In this document: positions 57,720 to 64,000 of the stretch, piece by piece | Position numbering within the stretch: position 1 is the stretch's first letter | Layout: each line of letters opens with the position of its first letter | Assembly (NCBI GenBank): GCA_964291215.2 | Contig: OZ219791.1 | Span: forward strand, 3,328,001 to 3,392,000 | Source of the DNA: Alphaproteobacteria bacterium | GTDB taxonomy: Bacteria > Pseudomonadota > Alphaproteobacteria > MPNO01 > UBA830 | Reading direction: 5' to 3' | DNA length: 64,000 bases | The notes under the pieces: model-generated | What the model was told of the DNA's origin: nothing | Database searches by the model: none | What the model saw: the letters and a program-made list of their open reading frames with translations, nothing else | Translations under genes and position numbers: made by a program

Positions 57720-57901
57720 CCGCTCCCCTGTGTGAGAACGTACAGGGGAGCGGGGATCAAACGATCTCCGCGGAGGTTGCCGTTCCGCCCTTGGCTTTAT
57801 AGAGCCGTTCCCGAGCGTGGCAACCTCCTTTGGCGTCCCTTGCGTCCTGAATGGATGCTTGGGTTTGAACCGTATCATCATAAGGCGAGGAACAAGGGAC
57901 G
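57720..57901 (+). ncRNA. Putative IS110 bridge RNA, copy 2
   Basis: Target loop closed by GGAGGTTGCC/GGCAACCTCC containing TTCCGCCCT (57783-57791) and CCCGAG (57810-57815); donor loop closed by GTCCCTTG/CAAGGGAC containing ATGGATGCTT (57851-57860) and ATAAG (57880-57884). Confidence 0.78.
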
Positions 57902-58719
57902 ATGGTTACGGTAGTAGCAGGGATTGATGTCAGCAAGGCCAGTCTGGACATCTGGGGCGTCGTTTTACGAACGACGCCACGGGCACGTGGCTTCGCAGCC
58001 TCGAGGTAACCCGTGTGGTGATGGAGGCGACAGGCCGCTATCACCGCAAGGTTCACCAGTGTCTTCATGACCGGGGCTTCGAGGTTGTCCCGGTCAACCC
58101 GTTGAGGGCTTCGCCGAGGCTTTGGGCCATCTGGCCAACCGCGTTGACGCCAAGATCGGCACGGTGCGATCTCGAGCCTGTGGCTCCTCAGGAAGCCTTC
58201 CTCAACTGCCTGAGGGATCTCCTGGTGCCGCGCTTGTCGACGCCAAGCAGGTGGCAGATGAGGTGGATGGCGAAGGCGAGACCGTCACAAGGGCTTCGGC
58301 GGCCGATCTCGATGACCGCATTGCCGGTGCGGCGATCAAAGCGGTGATCGCCGGTGATCCCGAGCAGAGGTACCCTGACCTCGATCCCCGGTCCAGTGAC
58401 CGCCGCAGCCCTTCTTTGTTGGATGCCCGAACTCGGCAGTCTCGGCCGTCGGCAGGCGGCAGCCTTGATCGGCGTGGCGCCGATGGCCAACGACCACGGT
58501 GCTCGGCATATCCGAGGCGGGCGCCGGAGGCCACGTGATCTCCTGGCCGCGACCTCGGCAGCACGTTTCAACGCGGATCTGGTGCGCCACAAGACCGCCG
58601 GCAAGGCCCACAAAGTCGCCATTGTCGTCGTGATGCGCAAGCTCTGGCGAACACCTTGCTGCGACAGCAGCGTTGCTGGTCGACCGAAGCACCGGTGAGT
58701 GAGCGAAGGAGACACCCTC

Positions 58720-58912
58720 ATGGCCCTCACCCCTGCCGAGAGCGCGATCGGGACTGTATCGACAGTCTCCCTACTACGACACGACTTGGGGAGAATGTCT
58801 GCAGATCATCGTCGAGGTCGACATCAAGGAGATCGAACCGCCTTGGGACACCTGGAACCCGGACGGTCACGTTACCATGCCCGGGGGCGGCAAGGTAGCC
58901 GCGTTCACGTGA
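58720..58912 (+). CDS. Small unknown ORF in the IS110 right region (copy 2; 1-nt frameshift near 58774)
   Basis: AAGGAGA RBS, ATG at 58720; sequence conserved with 16637-16837. Confidence 0.45.
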
Positions 58913-59270
58913 CCAATGGACGGCAACCCGCCGCCGGGACCACAAGCTTCATGTCGCCTCGCTCGCAGGGCAAATCCCACACCGCTTGTGGACAACCACA
59001 GAAAACATCACCACAGACACCCGCAAAAACCTTGCCAAGAAACATGGATGCTCGGACAGACCCTTCCGGAGCTGCGATGTGAATCGGACAGGATGCGATG
59101 TGCTTGTGAACCGACATCCCCGCACCATGACAACTTCAGTGCAGGAAAGCCAGCGAAAACTGTAAAAAAATCTCCCGCACCAACCCGCGACCCCGCAAAG
59201 CCCAGGTACTGTCTTGAAAAATCAGACAGAATTTAGCGTAAGATCATCCTGGATTTTTGCCTGGTCCACC

Positions 59271-59330
59271 TTGACATTCGTTTTCTTGCCCTGTATATGC
59301 GTCCTGAGGACGCATATACAGGGCAAGAAA
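59271..59330 (+). promoter_or_regulatory. Sigma70 promoter overlapped by a perfect 24-bp inverted repeat (putative AbiEi operator)
   Basis: TTGACA (59271)-N17-TATATG (59294); arms 59282-59305 and 59307-59330 are exact reverse complements. Confidence 0.85.
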
Positions 59331-59331
59331 C

Positions 59332-60240
59332 TTGGACTCTACTCAGCAACGAATTCACGGTCCAAAACTCACCCGGGCAGCGGCCCATTTGACTGACCGG
59401 CTAGAAGCCAACGACAAGCCCGTCCTCTCTCAGTTCGAGTTCTACCGGATCGTACTGGCAATGTACCGGGAGTCGTCCGGCAAGAAACTGTATCTGCGCC
59501 GGGAAACCCCCGACCGTGACGATATTGCCCGCTTCCGGTCAATTCTGAAGACCGCCGGTGCGATCATCGGTGATCGGGACTACGGCTCCCGTGTCATTCG
59601 CGTGCTGTCAGTTCCCGATCTGCCGGCCGAAGACATCGTCTGCCTGGTCGACCCAACCTGCTACGTCTCCCACTTGTCCGCCATGCAACGCTGGGGACTT
59701 ACCGATCGAACGCCTCGCGCCCTGGCGCTTACGCGCCCTGACCGCAAGACTTCCGCCGCGGCTCTTCGTGTCCACATGAACGAAGCGATGAAGAAGGCAG
59801 AAGACAACCCGTATCCGCTCACGCTGGTGCAACACCCCCATCGGGTCAGGCGTCGCGACGTCACCATGTACGAGAGCAAGACGGCCGGCGCCTTCATGAC
59901 CAACCGCGGAACCAACATTCGACTGTCGACAGTAGGGCAGACCTTTCTCGACATGCTCCAGAGGCCGGACTTGTGCGGAGGCATGTCCCATGTCCTGGAT
60001 GTCTGGGAAGAACATGCTTCCACGTTTCTCGACGAAATCGCCTCGACCGTAGACCAGACATCCAAGGCGCTTATCAAGAGCAGGGCCGGCTACATACTCG
60101 AAGAGCGTCTGGGCCTCCATCATCCATGCATCGAACGCTGGAAGGCTTTCGGGCAACGGGGAGGCAGCCGAAAGCTGGACCCCACCCGTGATTTCGCCCC
60201 CGTTTTTTCGGAAACTTGGATGATCTCACTGAATGTCTGA
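59332..60240 (+). CDS. Type IV TA antitoxin (AbiEi-like)
   Basis: DP.CYVSHLSAMQRWGLTDR.P, TFLDML.RPDLCGG, RAGYILEE, RGGSRKLDP, W.ISLNV; overlaps the toxin start. Confidence 0.8.
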   Translation: MDSTQQRIHGPKLTRAAAHLTDRLEANDKPVLSQFEFYRIVLAMYRESSGKKLYLRRETPDRDDIARFRSILKTAGAIIGDRDYGSRVIRVLSVPDLPAEDIVCLVDPTCYVSHLSAMQRWGLTDRTPRALALTRPDRKTSAAALRVHMNEAMKKAEDNPYPLTLVQHPHRVRRRDVTMYESKTAGAFMTNRGTNIRLSTVGQTFLDMLQRPDLCGGMSHVLDVWEEHASTFLDEIASTVDQTSKALIKSRAGYILEERLGLHHPCIERWKAFGQRGGSRKLDPTRDFAPVFSETWMISLNV

Positions 60241-60876
60241 GCCTCCACACCCGGTCGACGTCGCTGCCTGGGTCGCGCGCGTCGCGCAAGATCCCGTAGC
60301 GCATCGACAACGCCAAGCGGTGGAAATCATTCTCAACGCCATCGCCATGACGGGGCCGCTCAATACCGAATTGTTCCTCAAGGGTGGAATTCTGCTGGGT
60401 CTTGCATATGGAAGCCCGAGGCAGACCACGGATATTGATCTGACCGCTGCGTTCGCCGCCGATGGCGACATCGACGACAGGATCGGGACATTGCTGGATT
60501 CCGCCTTCCCCCGCACAGCGGCTAGTCTCGGCTATGCGGACCTTGTTCTCCGCACGCAGTCCGCGAAAGGCCACCCGAACCACATTTTCCCGGAAGCCGA
60601 ATTTCCTGCCTTGAAGCTCAAGATCGCCTACGCGCGCCGCCGCACGAATGAGGAGAGAGCGCTAAACGAAGGAACCGCCTCCAGCGTGATCAATGTCGAT
60701 ATCTCGTTCAACGAGCCCCTGAACCATGTGCAGGTCCTGGAATTAACAGGTGGGCAGGAACTCTACGCCTATGGAGTAATCGATCTTGTGGTAGAGAAGT
60801 ACCGTGCCTTGTTCCAGCAGATTCCACGTAATCGTTATCGGCGCCAGGATGTCTACGATATCGATATGCTTCTGCC

Positions 60877-62394
60877 GTAACTGCTCACCCCCTGGTTCCG
60901 GCATGATGTCGGGGTAGAGCAACGAACGGGTTTTCGTGGAGATTTGACACTGCAGGCCGATTCGTTTAGTGGTGGTAATCGAGAACGACGGGGACCGCCA
61001 GTGGGCTACTTTGGATCGAAGGCGACGAGCGGGCTGTGCCAGCTGCTTCCGGGGCTCCGGCCCCCGCATGATCTGTATGTGAAAACGCATCTCGGAAGCG
61101 GCGCGCTGATGAAACGCAAGGCCGGGTGATGGCGACGGTCAACGCGGCGCGCGAGGAGTTCGAAGCGGCCAAGACCGCGGCGCTGCCGGCAAGGTGCCGA
61201 AAGAGGCCGTGATCCGCGTCTTCGTCATCCTGCTCGACATCCTCATCGTCGTCCTTCTGGAGAAGACCACGCACGAGCCGGAACTCCGGTCTGCCGCCGT
61301 CACAAACGGACAAGGACGAGAGCGTGCCAAGAGCAACGGCAAGGGCCCGAAGCCAAACCGGCAGATGGGCGACAACCTGCGCAAGACTATCGTCGAGGAG
61401 ACGGTCGCGGCCTGCGACGCCTGCGGCGCCGACGGCCCCGTCGATCGGGAGCGCCGCACGACATCGTGTTCGAGGTCGTCGAGCGCCGCGCCGAGGAATG
61501 CCCGAAGTGCAAGGCCCGAACCAAGGGCCGGTTCCCCGAAAACATCCCGTGCAGTACGGCATCGGCATCCAAGCCCTCGTCATCAACCTGCTGGTCGCCC
61601 AGATGCTGTCCCTGCGCCGTCGCGTTCGTGCAGGCGATCTCCGGCATCAAGCTCTCCGAGGCCTCAGCTATGCTTTCACGATGCGTCATGGGAGGAGGCC
61701 GCCGTGGCGCACCTCCTGCAACGCCCGATGTCGACGATTTCGGATCAACGGCAAGTGGCTCCATGTCGTGGGACCCTGACGTGCAAGTTCCCGCACCGCA
61801 AGCGCGGGCAAGAGATCGGCCCGTGCTACAAGGGCGTCCTGGGCCTCGTACATGGGCCAGTGTAGCCACCAGCTGTGCGGTAGCCACCTGCTGCGCGAAC
61901 TGACCTTTGTCGTCGAGGCTACCGCGCGACTGATGAAGAGCCTGCTCCCTGCCACAAGGTCAACAAGAGCGCATCCAAAACCCTGAACGACGCCGGGCGC
62001 AAGCGCTACCGCACCATTAGGGCGCCAGGGAACTGCCCGACATCCCGCCGCCGCCGAAAGGAAAACGTGGACGCATCGCAAAGTCCGACGCGCACAACCT
62101 GCACGAACGTCTCGTGAAACACGAAAACCTGCGCTTCACAGACGACCCCAACGTCAGCTTCACCAACAATGCCGGAGAACAGAAGATCAGGATGGCAAAG
62201 GTCAAGGTGTCCGGGTGCTTCCGCACCATGCTCCACGCAAAAGCATGGTGCCGGGGCTCGAGCTACCTCACCTCCATGGCGGCACTCGGCTACAACCCAC
62301 TCATCGCCACCCAGATCACCCTCGACGGAAAAGCCGCAGACATCATCAACGAGCACTACGACCAATCAGAACCCAATTAGGGGTGAGTAGATAC
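60877..62394 (+). mobile_element. IS66-family element with both ends (single transposase plus methylase remnant)
   Basis: TIRs GTAACTGCTCACCCC / GGGGTGAGTAGATAC; 8-bp TSD CTTCTGCC (60869-60876, 62395-62402); HLLREL and FTNNAGEQ.IR motifs. Confidence 0.92.
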
Positions 62395-62524
62395 CTTCTG
62401 CCTAGCATTCTTGCGGACGAAATTGCTCCAGCAGAAATTCTGGAAGCTCTCCTCAACAAGTGTTCCGCGCGTCGTCTCAAGCCGAACCGCCGGTCTCTCG
62501 ACAATTCGGAGATCAAGAACAGAG

Positions 62525-63526
62525 GTAACTGCTCACCCCCTGGTTCCGGCTTGATGTCGGGGTAGAGCAACGAACGGGTTTTCGTGGAGATTTGACACTG
62601 CAGGCTGATTCGTTTAGTGGTGGTAATCGAGAACGACGGGGACCGCCAGTGGGCTACTTTGGATCGAAGGCGACGAGTGGGCTGTGCCAGCTGCTTCCGG
62701 GGCTCCGGCCCCCGCATGATCTGTATGTGAAAACGCATCTCGGAAGCGGCGCGCTGATGAAGCGCAAGGCCGGGTGATGGCGACGGTCAACGCGGCGCGC
62801 GAGGAGTTCGAAGCGGCCAAGGCGCTGCGTGCGGCCGGCAAGGTGCCGAAAGAGGCCGTGATCCGCGTCTTCGTCATCCTGCTCGACATCCTCATCGTCG
62901 TCCTTCTGGAGAAGACCACGCACGAGCCGGAACTCCGGTCTGCCGCCGTCACAGACGGACAAGAGCGTGCCGGGAGCAAGGGCCCGAAGCCAAACCGGCA
63001 GATGGGCGACAACCTGCGCAAGACTATCGTCGAGGAGACGGTCGCGGCCTGCGACGCCTGCGGCGCCGACGGCCCCGTCGATCGGGAGCGCCGCACGACA
63101 TCGTGTTCGAGGTCGTCGAGCGCCGCGCCGAGGAATGCCCGAAGTGCAAGGCCCGAACCAAGGGCCGGTTCCCCGAAAACATCCCGTGCAGTACGGCATC
63201 GGCATCCAAGCTCTCGTCATCAACCTGCTGGTCGCCCAGATGCTGTCCCTGCGCCGTCGCGTTCGTGCAGGCGATCTCCGGCATCAAGCTCTCCGAGGCC
63301 TCGGCTATGCTTTCACGATGCGTCATGGGAGGAGGCTGCCGTGGCGCACCTCCTGCAACGCCCGATGTCGACGATTTCGGATCAACGGCAAGTGGCTCCA
63401 TGTCGTGGAACCCTGACGTGCAAGTTCCCGCACCGCAAGCGCGGCCGGGAGGCAAGAGATCGGCATCATCCCGTGCTACAAGGGCGTCCTGACTGCTGGG
63501 CCTCGTACATGGGCCAGTGTAGCCAC
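62525..63526 (+). mobile_element. Shortened IS66 derivative lacking the normal right end
   Basis: Left TIR at 62525; 8-bp TSD GAACAGAG (62517-62524, 63527-63534); ends at ..GTGTAGCCAC. Confidence 0.85.
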
Positions 63527-63719
63527 GAACAGAGCAGGCAAAGATTGGAACACGATGGAGCTGGAGATCGACGATTTGCCGAAGTTCGAGGACAGTTACG
63601 AGCGTGTGGCGACCTTTTATCGATCGCTGCCCTGGGAGGGTGCATAGACGCCATCCAACCCCGTGAGAATTTCCTCGCCGACCTCGGTCGCGGGCGCTAG
63701 CCCGCCGACTACATCGTCA

Positions 63720-64000
63720 AGCCCTTCTCGCGGGTCGAGGTCTGCGCTACGTGTTCACTTGGCGCGGGCGGTGGATTGGCGCTGCAGGCTGGCAGACGGG
63801 CGCCCTCAACTGCGCACCCGTTGGATTGGCTGGCGCCGCGAGGAACAGTTCAGGCGGTTGCCGGGAACAACACGAGGTTTGTTGTTCCTAGTGGTCGCCG
63901 GGTGTTTTCGGGCCTCGTTTGCGTTGTCGCGGATGGTGCGGTGGCGACTGGGAGGCTGCCGTTGCTTGTTGCGGAGAAATTTGTCTCGCCGACGAAGTTC
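63720..64000 (+). mobile_element. ISAs1/DUF4338 subtype 2 fragment running off the window edge
   Basis: Near-identical to 11705-11960 (GRGLRYVFTWRGRWIG, NNTRF). Confidence 0.75.

Larger units (their letters stand above)
57613..59052 (+). mobile_element. IS110-family element, copy 2 (recombinase ~57902-58698, frameshifted)
   Basis: GIDVSKASLDI and VVMEATGRY (DEDD RuvC-like), GPVTAAALL..MPELG, GVAP, GK..KVAIV..MRKL; CT core at both junctions. Confidence 0.92.
57469..59251 (-). mobile_element. ISAs1/DUF4338 subtype 1, copy C: two fragments flanking IS110 copy 2
   Basis: 57469-57612 matches 6791-6940; 59053-59251 matches 7722-7925 and ends in the TIR GCGTAAGATCATCCTG. Confidence 0.85.
60233..63647 (+). 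pseudogene. AbiEii-family nucleotidyltransferase toxin interrupted by two IS66 insertions (pieces 60233-60876, 62403-62524, 63535-63647)
   Basis: LFLKGGILL..YGSPRQTTDIDL, EKYRAL, RRQDVYD; frame continues SILADEIAP..EIKNR and AGKDW..FYRSLPWEGA* once both inserts are removed. Confidence 0.88.

Overview
GC-rich bacterial chromosome segment. Gene content and promoter style suggest an alphaproteobacterium; that assignment is inference. Two IS-dense ends (about 1-17.4 kb and 54.8-64 kb) flank a largely intact catabolic and transport core (17.5-54.4 kb). The core holds tRNA-Phe, an orphan molybdenum-hydroxylase large subunit, amidase, amidohydrolase, GSTs, acyl-CoA ligase, thiolase, pobA, FAH/cupin, a toxin-antitoxin cluster, an aryl-sulfate sulfotransferase with a TTT transporter, the livHMGF-DUF6867-livK operon, and cyclase/SDR/BKACE genes. 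The main finding is two near-identical IS110-family elements (15630-16977 and 57613-59052). Their left non-coding ends fold into a bridge-RNA-like structure with a shared donor-binding loop but different target-binding guides. Each guide matches its own insertion site, and both sites lie in the same DUF4338-ISAs1 transposon family. Both elements also carry a small unknown ORF and DnaA-box-like motifs. Other observations: a ~190-bp MITE family sharing TIRs with an ISAs1-type element, a group II intron inside a transposase gene, an IS66 variant carrying a decayed DNA methylase, and several TA modules with a broken toxin. Nearly all multi-copy elements carry many small deletions while single-copy genes are mostly clean, so the pseudogene status of the IS ORFs may be partly an assembly artefact.
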